51,721 nucleotides of DNA from an uncultured Alphaproteobacteria bacterium (GCA_902518985.1 CABYIF010000004.1:1-51721); one strand, 5' to 3'. Numbered from the stretch's first letter, positions 9,623-19,711 are shown. Numbers and translations are program-made. Notes: generated from the sequence alone by a model not told the origin.

Positions 9623-10603
9623 ATGAAAGTTGATTTAAATAAGTGGTATAGACCTGAGGTAAACAAAGAAGAATTTAAAAAACTTTGTGAAAAATCTGAT
9701 TGGCAAGGTTTCAAACATGTTGTTATTTATTTTAGCACTCTCTTTTTTGTCGGATATCTAGCATATTATACATATGGCACATGGTGGAGCTTAATATTCT
9801 TTCTTATATATGCTAACATTTATGCGTGTAGTGATTCCATATGGCATGAGACAGGTCATCAAACAGCTTTTAAGTCAAAATTCTGGAATAACTTTTTTTA
9901 CCAAATTGCAAGTTATATGGATAATTTTGAACCAGTTAGATGGAAGTGGTCGCACTTTAAGCATCATACTCAAACAGCATATGATGAGCCTCATGATTTT
10001 GAAATTGCCATAAGAAAGCCAACTGACTTATTTTTGTTTTTTTCATATTTTATTCCATTTTCTCAAATGATAACTTTTCATAAAACTTTACAATTTGAAA
10101 CTATTAAACATGCTATAGGTATAACTACACCAGTTATGAAGCATGCTATTCCTGAAAAGGAAAGATATAAATGTAGACGGTCTGCAAGAATACACGTTAG
10201 TATATGGTTAATAGTTATTGTTAGTTCTATTTACTTTCAATCTTGGCTACCTGTTTTATATTTAGTTCTTCCTGGATTTTATGGAAAAACACTTGTAGCT
10301 TGCTTTGGATTAACACAACATACGGGGCTGCAAGAAAATATTAAAGATCATAGATACAGCACAAGAACGGTTTATCTTAATCCAATATTTAGTTTTTTAT
10401 ATTGGCATATGGAATATCATATTGAACATCATATGTTTCCAACTGTACCTTCTTATAACCTACCAAAACTACATGAGATGATAAAGGATAAGATGCCACC
10501 GGCTAAAAGAGGATTATTAGGAGCTTATAAAGAAATTTTACCGGCCATTTTTAAACAAGCTAGAAATCCAGATTATCAGATTAAATTAAGTGTTCCTAGT
10601 TAA
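9623..10603 (+). CDS. mocD: Membrane di-iron oxygenase of the fatty-acid-desaturase fold, MocD-like
   Basis: His boxes WHETGH, WSHFKHH and YHIEHH; YHIEHHMFPTVPSYNLPKLHE and WHETGHQTAF resemble rhizopine-catabolism MocD. Confidence 0.72.
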   Translation: MKVDLNKWYRPEVNKEEFKKLCEKSDWQGFKHVVIYFSTLFFVGYLAYYTYGTWWSLIFFLIYANIYACSDSIWHETGHQTAFKSKFWNNFFYQIASYMDNFEPVRWKWSHFKHHTQTAYDEPHDFEIAIRKPTDLFLFFSYFIPFSQMITFHKTLQFETIKHAIGITTPVMKHAIPEKERYKCRRSARIHVSIWLIVIVSSIYFQSWLPVLYLVLPGFYGKTLVACFGLTQHTGLQENIKDHRYSTRTVYLNPIFSFLYWHMEYHIEHHMFPTVPSYNLPKLHEMIKDKMPPAKRGLLGAYKEILPAIFKQARNPDYQIKLSVPS

Positions 10604-11426
10604 TTTTTTCAGCTAACTCTAGAAATTTATCAAATTCATTATCTTCTATTTGAACCGTTATTTTAGGATCATTAAAATTTTTGTTTATTGTGTCCTCATG
10701 AAATTCTCTAAAAGCTCTCACTCTCTCATTTTGTAATCTTTGATATTCTTTTCTAAAATTTCTGTAAACCCTAGCATGTCTAGGTATATGGCCATCATTC
10801 CATCCTAAAACATCATTTGAAAATAAAAACTGTGCATCACAATCTGAGCCACTTCCCATTGACATTGTAATTATTTCAACCTTTTTTGTAATAACCTCTG
10901 CAACTTTTGGAGGAACAACCTCAAGCTCAACACCAATTACCCCAGCCTCTTGTAATTCTAGAGTATTTTTTAAAACCCCTACTGCTTCAACTGCAGTTTT
11001 ACCAATTGCTCGAAGACCGCCAATCCATGTAGATTTTCCAGGAACTAGACCAACATGACCTATTGTTGGAATATTTTCTTGGCGCATTGCCTTGATCCAT
11101 TTTAAACTATAATTTCCGACATAGATGCAATCTACTCCAAAAGATAAATAATTATGTGCATATTTAATAGCTTCGTATTCAGAAGCAGGTGGATAGGGAC
11201 CAGATGATTGCATAAAGCAATTTGGCGCTACTTCACGTATTTTTTTTACATCATCTAAAGTAGCATTAATACCAAATCTTGGCAGGTCATGAGCAGCAAC
11301 AATATAATCAATACCTGCTTCTTCTGCAGCTGCACCTTCTTCAATAGTATGAACAAATAGATTACTTAGTTGTCTCTTACCCTTTGATTTTAAATAATCA
11401 TAAACGGTTAATTTTTTTCTCAACAA
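10596..11426 (-). CDS. Divergent PanB (ketopantoate hydroxymethyltransferase)-like protein
   Basis: Keeps GHVGLVP, LQEAG..GVELEVVP and SMGSGSDCDAQFL..DVLG; lacks LVGDS, DMPF and KLEG. Confidence 0.8.
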   Translation of the reverse strand: MLRKKLTVYDYLKSKGKRQLSNLFVHTIEEGAAAEEAGIDYIVAAHDLPRFGINATLDDVKKIREVAPNCFMQSSGPYPPASEYEAIKYAHNYLSFGVDCIYVGNYSLKWIKAMRQENIPTIGHVGLVPGKSTWIGGLRAIGKTAVEAVGVLKNTLELQEAGVIGVELEVVPPKVAEVITKKVEIITMSMGSGSDCDAQFLFSNDVLGWNDGHIPRHARVYRNFRKEYQRLQNERVRAFREFHEDTINKNFNDPKITVQIEDNEFDKFLELAEKIN

Positions 11427-11434
11427 AATTTAAT

Positions 11435-11860
11435 TTACCAACTACCTGAATTCTCCATGGATTTCCATGGTTCTTGTTCTGGTAGTGACTCTCCTTCTTG
11501 TAAGATTTCAATCGATATTCCGTCAGGTGAACGAACAAAAGCCATATGACCATCTCTTGGAGGTCTATTAATTTTAACACCGTTTTTCATTAGTTTGTCA
11601 CAAATCTCATAGATATTTTTTACACTATATGCAAGATGCCCAAAATTTCTGCCACCTCCATACTCTTCCTTATCCCAATTATAAGTAAGTTCTAATAAGC
11701 CAGTTTTTTCATCACTATTTTCTGCTGCTAAAAAAATTAATGTAAATCTTCCTTTTTCACTCTCTCTTCTTCTTATTTCTTTTAATCCTAAAAGATTACA
11801 ATAAAAATTTAGAGATTTTTCAATATTTTCTATTCTAACCATTGTGTGTAAATATTTCAT
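11435..11860 (-). CDS. gloA: Lactoylglutathione lyase (glyoxalase I, VOC family)
   Basis: YLHTMVRI, ELTYNWD, FGHLAY, SPDGISIE. Confidence 0.9.
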   Translation of the reverse strand: MKYLHTMVRIENIEKSLNFYCNLLGLKEIRRRESEKGRFTLIFLAAENSDEKTGLLELTYNWDKEEYGGGRNFGHLAYSVKNIYEICDKLMKNGVKINRPPRDGHMAFVRSPDGISIEILQEGESLPEQEPWKSMENSGSW

Positions 11861-11931
11861 ATAATATTTATTATATTTAATTTATTTTTAGACTACAATT
11901 AAAATATAATTAAAATCATAGAGGGGAAGAA

Positions 11932-13245
11932 ATGCAAGATTATTTTAAGAATATACCTGAAATACAATTCGAAGGGGAAGATAGTAACAACCCATTAGCT
12001 TTTAAATTCTATGATGAGAACAAAAATATTTTAGGAAAATCGATGAAAGAACATTTCCGCTTTGCAACTTGTTATTGGCATACTTTTACTTGGCCAGGAT
12101 TGGACCCCTTTGGCGGACAAACGTTTGAAAGACCATGGATGAAAAGTGGCGATTCAATGAAAATGGCAGAGGAAAAACTTAATTGTGCCTTTGATTTCTT
12201 TACTAAAATAAAGACACCATTTTTCTGTTTCCACGATAGAGATATTGCTCCAGAAGGGTCAAACTACAAGGAAACACAAAAAAATTTCATGTACATTGTT
12301 GATTTAATGGAGAAGAAGATTGAAGAAACAAAAATGAAATTATTATGGGGTACTGCTAATGCCTTTTCACATAAAAGATATATGAGTGGAGCTTCAACGA
12401 ATCCAGATCCAGAAGTATTTGCCTACAAAGCAGCACAAGTTAAAGATTGCATGGACGCAACATTAAGACTTGGTGGACAAAACTATGTTTTGTGGGGTGG
12501 CAGAGAAGGTTATGAAACAATATTAAACACTAACATGTCTAAGGAAATGGATAATTTGAAAAGATTTCTTGAATTAGTAGTTAATTATAAACATAAAATT
12601 GGATTTAAGGGTCAAATTTTAATTGAACCTAAGCCACACGAACCAACAAAACATCAGTATGATTTTGACTCTGCAGCATGTCTTGCTTTTATTAGAAAAG
12701 CTGGACTTGAAGGAGAAATTAAACTTAATATAGAAGCAAATCATGCGACTCTATCTGGACATAACTATGAACATGAAATAGCATACGCAATTGCAAATAA
12801 TGCATTGGGAAGTTTAGATATTAATAGAGGTGATACATTAATTGGTTGGGATACAGACCAGTTTCCAAATAATCCAGCTGATTTAATTATGGCCTTTTAC
12901 TTTATATTCAGTAATGGAGGACTTGGTAATGGAGGATTAAATTTCGATGCTAAGATTAGAAGGCAATCTATTGATCCGGAGGATTTGTTTTACGCACATA
13001 TTGGTGGAATGGATGTTTGTGCTAAAACATTAATTGCTGTTGAAAAATTAATTAAAGATAATGTTATTCCAAAATTCATAGAAGATCGATATTCTGATTG
13101 GGATAGTGAATTAGGCAAATTTATACATAATAAAGATGCATCATTAGACTCTATCCATAAAAGAGTTATCGATAGTAATATTGAACCAAAAACACGATCT
13201 GGAAGACAAGAATATTTGGAAAATATTATAAACAAATATTTATAG
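11932..13245 (+). CDS. xylA: Xylose isomerase (class II)
   Basis: YWHTF, FHDRD, WGGREGY, EPKPHEP, NIEANHA, WDTDQF, NFDAK. Confidence 0.96.
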   Translation: MQDYFKNIPEIQFEGEDSNNPLAFKFYDENKNILGKSMKEHFRFATCYWHTFTWPGLDPFGGQTFERPWMKSGDSMKMAEEKLNCAFDFFTKIKTPFFCFHDRDIAPEGSNYKETQKNFMYIVDLMEKKIEETKMKLLWGTANAFSHKRYMSGASTNPDPEVFAYKAAQVKDCMDATLRLGGQNYVLWGGREGYETILNTNMSKEMDNLKRFLELVVNYKHKIGFKGQILIEPKPHEPTKHQYDFDSAACLAFIRKAGLEGEIKLNIEANHATLSGHNYEHEIAYAIANNALGSLDINRGDTLIGWDTDQFPNNPADLIMAFYFIFSNGGLGNGGLNFDAKIRRQSIDPEDLFYAHIGGMDVCAKTLIAVEKLIKDNVIPKFIEDRYSDWDSELGKFIHNKDASLDSIHKRVIDSNIEPKTRSGRQEYLENIINKYL

Positions 13246-13300
13246 AACTTATTTAATAAGTTAAGTATTTAGATATTATTAAGGTATTAGTATTAGTAAC

Positions 13301-14230
13301 GTGAAGTATTTTGAATTAGATACACAATCTCAGTTTAAAGAAAAAAACCTATGTTTGGCAATAGGTAATTTTGACGGCTTTCATAAGGGGCATATTGCAA
13401 TACTTGAATCTTTGAAAAAAATTGCCAACCAAAAAAAACAACCTATTGCTATTATGAGCTTTAATCCCCACCCAAGAGAATTTTTTGAAAATAAAAATGA
13501 AAATTTCAATATTTATTCCAAATTAGATAAAATTAATTTTCTTAAGAAATTTGGTATCGATATTTATATTGAATTTATTTTTGATAAAAATCTATCAGAT
13601 TTAACTGCTAACGAATTTGTTAAAAATATTTTAGTTGATAAGCTTGATATAAAAAATGTGGTTGTAGGTAAAGATTTTAAATTTGGTAAAAATAGATCTG
13701 GTAACTTTAAAACATTAGATAATTTTTCAAAAGAAAATAATTTTGATGTTCATTTAATAGAGTCAGTAATGCTTTCTGATGGTTCTGACAAATATTCCTC
13801 TTCGATAATTAGAAGTAATATAAAAAATGGTGAAATAGAAAAGGCAAATTTTGCTTTAGGGCGCAATTGGCATATGACTGGAAAAATTATCGAAGGTGAT
13901 AAAAGAGCAAGAAGAATCAATTTTCCAACTGCAAATGTAATACCTGGTAATCATATTTTTCCAAAAAAAGGAGTTTATTGTGTTAAAGTCAATATTAATA
14001 ATGAAAAATATTTAGGTATTTCAAATTTTGGTGAAAGACCCACCGTTGATGGTTCTAAATTACTCTTGGAAACTCATATATTTAATTTTAATCAAGAAAT
14101 ATACGGTTATGATTTGACTGTTGAATTTCTTACATTTATTAGATCTGAACAAAAATTTGCTAATTTTGATAAATTAACTAAACAGATTAAAAAAGATATA
14201 GAAACAGCAAGAAAATATCACAACGTTTAA
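13301..14230 (+). CDS. ribF: Bifunctional riboflavin kinase/FAD synthetase
   Basis: GNFDGFHKGH, FPTAN, ETHIF; GTG start; upstream of ileS. Confidence 0.95.
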   Translation: MKYFELDTQSQFKEKNLCLAIGNFDGFHKGHIAILESLKKIANQKKQPIAIMSFNPHPREFFENKNENFNIYSKLDKINFLKKFGIDIYIEFIFDKNLSDLTANEFVKNILVDKLDIKNVVVGKDFKFGKNRSGNFKTLDNFSKENNFDVHLIESVMLSDGSDKYSSSIIRSNIKNGEIEKANFALGRNWHMTGKIIEGDKRARRINFPTANVIPGNHIFPKKGVYCVKVNINNEKYLGISNFGERPTVDGSKLLLETHIFNFNQEIYGYDLTVEFLTFIRSEQKFANFDKLTKQIKKDIETARKYHNV

Positions 14231-17004
14231 TGGAATATAAAGATACAATATTTTTACCAAAAACCTCTTTTGAAATGAGAGCAAATTTACCATCTAAAGA
14301 ACCAAAAATTTTAGAGGATTGGAATAAAGAACAAATATTCAAAAAATTAAGAGAAAAATCTAAGGGTAGAGAAAAATTTATACTTCACGATGGTCCCCCA
14401 TATGCAAATGGTCACATTCACATGGGCACTGCACTAAATAAAATTTTGAAAGATGTAATAGTCAGAACTCAACAAATGTCTGGCAAAGATTCAATTTATG
14501 TACCAGGATGGGATTGTCATGGATTGCCTATTGAATGGAAAATCGAAGAAGAGTACAGAAAAAAAGGAAAAAATAAAGATGATGTTCCAATAGTTCAATT
14601 CAGAGATGAGTGCAGAGAATTTGCTGAAAAGTGGATAGAAATCCAAAAAAAAGAATTTCGTCGCTTAGGCGTAGAGGGTGACTGGAACAATCCATACCTT
14701 ACAATGTCTAATCAAGCAGAAGCTCAAATTGTAAGAGAGTTAGGAAAATTTTTAATTGATGAAAGTTTATATAAAGGTGCTAAGCCAGTTCTTTGGTCTG
14801 TGGTTGAAAAAACTGCTTTAGCTGATGCGGAGGTGGAATATGAAGAACATACTTCAAACACAATATATGTTAAGTTTCTGATTTCTAATTCAGAGGATAA
14901 AGATTTAATTGGATCAAGCATAGTAATTTGGACTACAACTCCTTGGACAATACCTGGTAATAGAGCCTTGGCTTATGGAAAAGAATTAGATTACTGCATT
15001 ATAAAAGTAAATGAAGCTGAGAGCTCAAGTTTATTAAAAACTAATGAAAAATTAATTTTTGCTAAAGAATTATTAGAAAAAGTTACAAGTGAAATCGGTA
15101 TAAAAAAATATTCAATATTAAAAACATTCAAGGGTAGCAATTTTTTATCTTGTGAGTGCGAGCATCCTTTTAAAGAGTTAGGTTATGAGTTTATAGTTAG
15201 ACCTTTTCATGGTAATTTTGTAAACTTAGAACAAGGAACTGGTATTGTTCATATTGCCCCTGGTCATGGAGATGATGATTATGTGCTTGGAATAGAAAAT
15301 AATGTTGATATTATTCAAACTGTACAAGATGATGGAAAATATAATCATCATGCAATAGGTTTTGAAGGCGAACATGTCTATAAAGTTGATCAGAAAATTG
15401 CTGATAAACTTAGAGAATTCTCAAAACTTTTATTTCAAGGAACTTTAAGACACAGCTACCCACATTCTTGGAGATCTAAAGCTCCGTTAATTTATAGAAA
15501 TACTCCTCAATGGTTTATTTCAATGGAAAAAAAGGATTTAAGAAAAATTGCATTAAGATCTATTGATGAAACTATTTTTTACCCACCTCAGGGGCAAACT
15601 AGGTTGCGATCAATGATTGAGACCAGGCCAGATTGGTGTGTGTCGAGACAAAGGGTCTGGGGCGTACCTCTTCCATTATTTATTAACAAAAAAACAGGAC
15701 AACCTCTTAGAGATAAAAAAATTGTAAATAGAATCGCAGATATTTATGAAAAAGAGGGAAGTAATACATGGTTTACCGAAGATCCTCAGCGTTTTTTAGG
15801 AAAAGAATATTCCAAAAATGATTTTGACCAAGTTAAGGATGTTGTTGAGGTCTGGTTTGATAGTGGTTCTACCCATGCATTTTGTCTTGAGAAAAGACCT
15901 GATTTAAAGTGGCCAGCATCAATGTATTTAGAGGGAAGCGATCAGCACAGGGGATGGTTTCATTCTTCTCTGTTAGAGTCTTCAGGAACAAGAGGTCGTG
16001 CACCTTACGATAGTGTCTTAACACATGGATTTGTTGTCGATGGTAAGGGAAGAAAAATGTCTAAATCACTTGGTAATGTTATTTCTCCAGATGACATTCT
16101 TAAACAATATGGAGTAGATATATTAAGGTTATGGGTAGTAGCTTCAGATTATTATGATGATTTAAAGTTAGATAGAGGGATTCTACAATCTCAAGCAGAA
16201 TCTTATAGAAGAATAAGAAACACTTTCAGATTTTTAATAGGCAATCTAAATAATTTTAGTAGTCAGGAACTTGTTAAAGAAGAAGATTTTCCAGAACTTG
16301 AAAAATATCTCCTTCATCGTTTGTGGGAAGTTGATCAAATAATTAAAAAATGTGTTGGAAGTTTTAATTTTCATCTAATGTTTACCACATTACTAAATTT
16401 CTGTTCAAATGATCTTTCGGCTTTTTACTTTGATATTAGAAAAGATGTAATTTATTGTGATAATGAAAAATCACATACACGAAAATCATCAAGAACTCTT
16501 TTAAATATTATATTCAATTATTTAGTCAGATGGTTTGCTCCCTCAATTTCTTTTACAACTGAAGAAGCTTGGAAAGCTATGGGCAATAAAACCAGTATAC
16601 ATTTAGAGGATTTTTTGACTTGTAATGATACTTATCAAAATATTGACATAAATAATAAATGGTCAATAGTCAGAAATATAAGAAAAGTTGCAACAGGAGC
16701 AATTGAAAAAATGCGTGAAAATAAAACTATTAGATCTAGTCTGGAAGCTCATTTAGATATATTCGTTAGTGATGATATATTTAAAAAAATTAGAGATGTA
16801 TCATTTGATGAAATAGCCATTACTTCTTCTTTTAAACTAAACACTCTAGAAGATAAAACGAATGGCTTTGAACTAGAAGAACTTCCAAATATCAAAGTTA
16901 AAGCAACTAAAGTTATTGGTAATAAATGTCAAAGATGCTGGAAATATGAAGAAAGACTAATTAATGATGAAATTTGCAAGCGATGCAATAATGCCATAAC
17001 CTAA
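14230..17004 (+). CDS. ileS: Isoleucine--tRNA ligase
   Basis: HDGPPYANGHIHMGT, WTTTPWT, KMSKS, C-terminal CQRC..CKRC zinc finger. Confidence 0.98.
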   Translation: MEYKDTIFLPKTSFEMRANLPSKEPKILEDWNKEQIFKKLREKSKGREKFILHDGPPYANGHIHMGTALNKILKDVIVRTQQMSGKDSIYVPGWDCHGLPIEWKIEEEYRKKGKNKDDVPIVQFRDECREFAEKWIEIQKKEFRRLGVEGDWNNPYLTMSNQAEAQIVRELGKFLIDESLYKGAKPVLWSVVEKTALADAEVEYEEHTSNTIYVKFLISNSEDKDLIGSSIVIWTTTPWTIPGNRALAYGKELDYCIIKVNEAESSSLLKTNEKLIFAKELLEKVTSEIGIKKYSILKTFKGSNFLSCECEHPFKELGYEFIVRPFHGNFVNLEQGTGIVHIAPGHGDDDYVLGIENNVDIIQTVQDDGKYNHHAIGFEGEHVYKVDQKIADKLREFSKLLFQGTLRHSYPHSWRSKAPLIYRNTPQWFISMEKKDLRKIALRSIDETIFYPPQGQTRLRSMIETRPDWCVSRQRVWGVPLPLFINKKTGQPLRDKKIVNRIADIYEKEGSNTWFTEDPQRFLGKEYSKNDFDQVKDVVEVWFDSGSTHAFCLEKRPDLKWPASMYLEGSDQHRGWFHSSLLESSGTRGRAPYDSVLTHGFVVDGKGRKMSKSLGNVISPDDILKQYGVDILRLWVVASDYYDDLKLDRGILQSQAESYRRIRNTFRFLIGNLNNFSSQELVKEEDFPELEKYLLHRLWEVDQIIKKCVGSFNFHLMFTTLLNFCSNDLSAFYFDIRKDVIYCDNEKSHTRKSSRTLLNIIFNYLVRWFAPSISFTTEEAWKAMGNKTSIHLEDFLTCNDTYQNIDINNKWSIVRNIRKVATGAIEKMRENKTIRSSLEAHLDIFVSDDIFKKIRDVSFDEIAITSSFKLNTLEDKTNGFELEELPNIKVKATKVIGNKCQRCWKYEERLINDEICKRCNNAIT

Positions 17005-17008
17005 ATTA

Positions 17009-17461
17009 GTGAAATACATTTTAATATTTACGATATTAGTTTTAGTTGATTTAATTACTAAATTTTTTGTTAAAAATTTGTTTGTTTTAAATCAACTAGT
17101 GAAAATAAATAAATTTTTAGATATTGCCTACATCCAAAATTTTGGTGTATCATTTGGTTTGTTATCAGGCATAGTTTCTTATTGGTTTTTGATTATAATT
17201 GGATTGATTGTAGTTTTATTTATTTTATATTTAATGGCTATTTCAAAAAACAAATTAGAAAAAATAGCTTATTTTATTATAATTGCAGGCGCAATCTCCA
17301 ATATACTTGATAGATCCATAAATACATATGTTGTTGATTTTATATTAGTTCATTATGAAAGCTATTATTGGCCAGCTTTTAATTTTGCAGATATTTATAT
17401 TACTATTGGTATTATCGTGTTAATAATAAGTTTCTTTACTAAATCTGAAGAGAATAAATGA
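17009..17461 (+). CDS. lspA: Lipoprotein signal peptidase II
   Basis: NFGVSFG, NILDR, VVDFI, FNFAD. Confidence 0.95.
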   Translation: MKYILIFTILVLVDLITKFFVKNLFVLNQLVKINKFLDIAYIQNFGVSFGLLSGIVSYWFLIIIGLIVVLFILYLMAISKNKLEKIAYFIIIAGAISNILDRSINTYVVDFILVHYESYYWPAFNFADIYITIGIIVLIISFFTKSEENK

Positions 17462-17952
17462 AAAAAATAATTAGCATCATTATTATTTCTAATTTATTTC
17501 TAGCATCTTGCAACTCTGTAAGAGATAGCGCAGGTGTAAATAGAAAGTCAATTGATGAATATACTGTAGTCGAAAATCCACCATTGGTTATTCCCCCTGA
17601 CTTTAATTTACTTCCTCCTGAGCAAATGGAGTCAAGAAGCATTGAAGATGCAGAAAGTGATTTAGCAAAAGAAATATTATTTGGTCTAGAAGATAGCTCA
17701 GACACCTCATTTTCAGACAACTCTTTAATGTCAGTAATACTTGATGAAACAAAAGCTAATGAAGTAAACAGTAATATTAGAGAATTAATAAATGAACAAT
17801 TTGCTGGAGAAAAATCAACAATTAGTGATGAAGAAAATTTTGATAGTGAGAATGATTTAAATTCAGCAATTAAAGAAACTAAAAATAAAGGAAACAATAA
17901 TAATAATCACAAAGAAAAACAAAAAAAGAAAAAAAGATTTTTCTTTTTTTAA
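17458..17952 (+). CDS. DUF3035-like lipoprotein
   Basis: Lipobox LASC; DEYTVVENPPLVIPPDFNL motif; follows lspA. Confidence 0.75.
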   Translation: MKKIISIIIISNLFLASCNSVRDSAGVNRKSIDEYTVVENPPLVIPPDFNLLPPEQMESRSIEDAESDLAKEILFGLEDSSDTSFSDNSLMSVILDETKANEVNSNIRELINEQFAGEKSTISDEENFDSENDLNSAIKETKNKGNNNNNHKEKQKKKKRFFFF

Positions 17953-17959
17953 ATTTTAA

Positions 17960-19159
17960 ATGGAAATCAAATACATAAATACAAATTTTAATAATATTAA
18001 AAATACCAAATTATATGATAAAAAGATTTTAGATATTATTGCAAATCTACCAGCCTTAAATATTATTAATAATAATAAATTATTAAATGATACAATAAAA
18101 ATAATTAAACAATTTGAACTAAATAAAAAAAAATTTGTTTTATTAGGCACTGGTGGTTCAAATCTAGGCGCACGTGCATTACATAATTTTAACAATAATA
18201 AAAAAGTAAATATAGAATTTTATGATAATATAGATCCTGTTACTTTTGAAAAATCATTTGAAGATATTGATTTTAGCTCAACAGGTTTTATAGTTGTATC
18301 AAAGTCAGGTAGTACTCCAGAAACACTAGCACAATTTTCCTCTTTATATCAAATGGCATTACAAAGAAATTATTTAGATAAATTTTTATCTAATACGCTA
18401 GTAATAACTGAATTTAAAAACTCTCCTCTTTATAAAATATCAAAAGATAAAAAATGTTTATTGTTAGAGCATGATAATAAAATTGGAGGTCGGTATTCTA
18501 TATTTTCTAATGTAGGAATTGTTCCTGCAATATTATCTGGAATAAATATATCAGAATTATACAATGGAGCTGCAGAAATTTATAATAATATTGAAAAATA
18601 TTCTGCTCTTAATCTAAGTAAATATTTGTGCATGCAAGAAAATCAAAAATATTCATCAAATGTATTGATGACTTATTCAGATAATTTGTATTTTTTTGGT
18701 AAATGGTATTTACAATTATGGGCTGAGAGTATTGGAAAAAATAAAAAAGGCATTACAGCAATACATTCTATAGGAACTACTGATCAACATAGTCAATTAC
18801 AATTATATTTAGATGGGCCAAATGATAAATTTTTTACATTTATAACCACTGATCACTCAAAAAAAGGACTTGTAATAAACAATGAAATTTTTGAAAATAC
18901 AGATGTAAATTATTTTAAAAATAAAAGAATGGGTGATTTAATGGAGGCAGAGCAACGAGCAACCATTGAAACATTTAAATTAAATAAATTTAGTTATAGA
19001 GAAATCACAATTCCAAAGATTAATGAGAAAAATTTAGGTAAATTATTAACTTTAAGTATAATTGAAACTATTTCATCTTGTATCTACTTAGACGTTAACC
19101 CCTTTGATCAACCAGCTGTAGAACAAGGAAAAATTCTCACAAGAGAATTCCTAAGATAA
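17960..19159 (+). CDS. pgi: Glucose-6-phosphate isomerase (compact form)
   Basis: GTGGSNLG, SKSGSTPET, IGGRYS, QLWAESIGK, DQHSQLQ, NPFDQPAVEQGK. Confidence 0.92.
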   Translation: MEIKYINTNFNNIKNTKLYDKKILDIIANLPALNIINNNKLLNDTIKIIKQFELNKKKFVLLGTGGSNLGARALHNFNNNKKVNIEFYDNIDPVTFEKSFEDIDFSSTGFIVVSKSGSTPETLAQFSSLYQMALQRNYLDKFLSNTLVITEFKNSPLYKISKDKKCLLLEHDNKIGGRYSIFSNVGIVPAILSGINISELYNGAAEIYNNIEKYSALNLSKYLCMQENQKYSSNVLMTYSDNLYFFGKWYLQLWAESIGKNKKGITAIHSIGTTDQHSQLQLYLDGPNDKFFTFITTDHSKKGLVINNEIFENTDVNYFKNKRMGDLMEAEQRATIETFKLNKFSYREITIPKINEKNLGKLLTLSIIETISSCIYLDVNPFDQPAVEQGKILTREFLR

Positions 19160-19711
19160 AATTAAAAAACTCAAATTAGTTTTTCCATATTTTTTTTGAT
19201 TAATTAATTTTAGTTTGTTCGGAATTTTAAATTTATCTTTAATACTGGTCTCAATTCCAATTATAGTTTCTTTATTTACTTTATCTTGGAGTTTTACTAG
19301 TAAAGTACTAATGTCGTATTTGTTATATGGTGGATCAATGTAAATTATTGAGATGTTTTTAAATTCTATATCTAATCTTGATTTTACCAAATCTTCTATA
19401 ATAATTTCATATTGATTTTCTTGACATAATTTTTTACAATTTTTTTCTAGAATTTTTGATACATCTTGATTATTTTCATAAAAAATTACGTTTTCTATGC
19501 CTCTAGAAACAGCCTCTAAGCCCATCGTTCCAATTCCAGCAAATAGATCAAGAAAAATTTTTTTATTAAAAAGATCATAAGAGTTTTTTAAAGAATAACT
19601 TTCAACTATTGAAAAAAAGGCTTCCCTTTTTAGTGAGGAAGTTGGTCTCACAAATTGAGAAATACTAATTAGCTGTGTTTTTTTTAGTTTACCTCCGGTT
19701 ATTCTAATCAT
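19151..19711 (-). CDS. rsmD: 16S rRNA m2G966 methyltransferase
   Basis: IRITGG, RPTS, LDLFAGIG, IDPPY. Confidence 0.9.
   Translation of the reverse strand: MIRITGGKLKKTQLISISQFVRPTSSLKREAFFSIVESYSLKNSYDLFNKKIFLDLFAGIGTMGLEAVSRGIENVIFYENNQDVSKILEKNCKKLCQENQYEIIIEDLVKSRLDIEFKNISIIYIDPPYNKYDISTLLVKLQDKVNKETIIGIETSIKDKFKIPNKLKLINQKKYGKTNLSFLILS

Noticed and set aside
10596-11426. Canonical panB
   Set aside because: Metal-binding motifs missing and no panC nearby
1-13245. Sugar island as a mobile element
   Set aside because: No integrase, transposase, tRNA or flanking repeats seen; composition resembles the rest of the window; left boundary lies outside the window
17881-17952. AAT/poly-A low-complexity tract as a phase-variable repeat
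   Set aside because: Encodes a short Asn/Lys tail in AT-rich DNA with the frame intact
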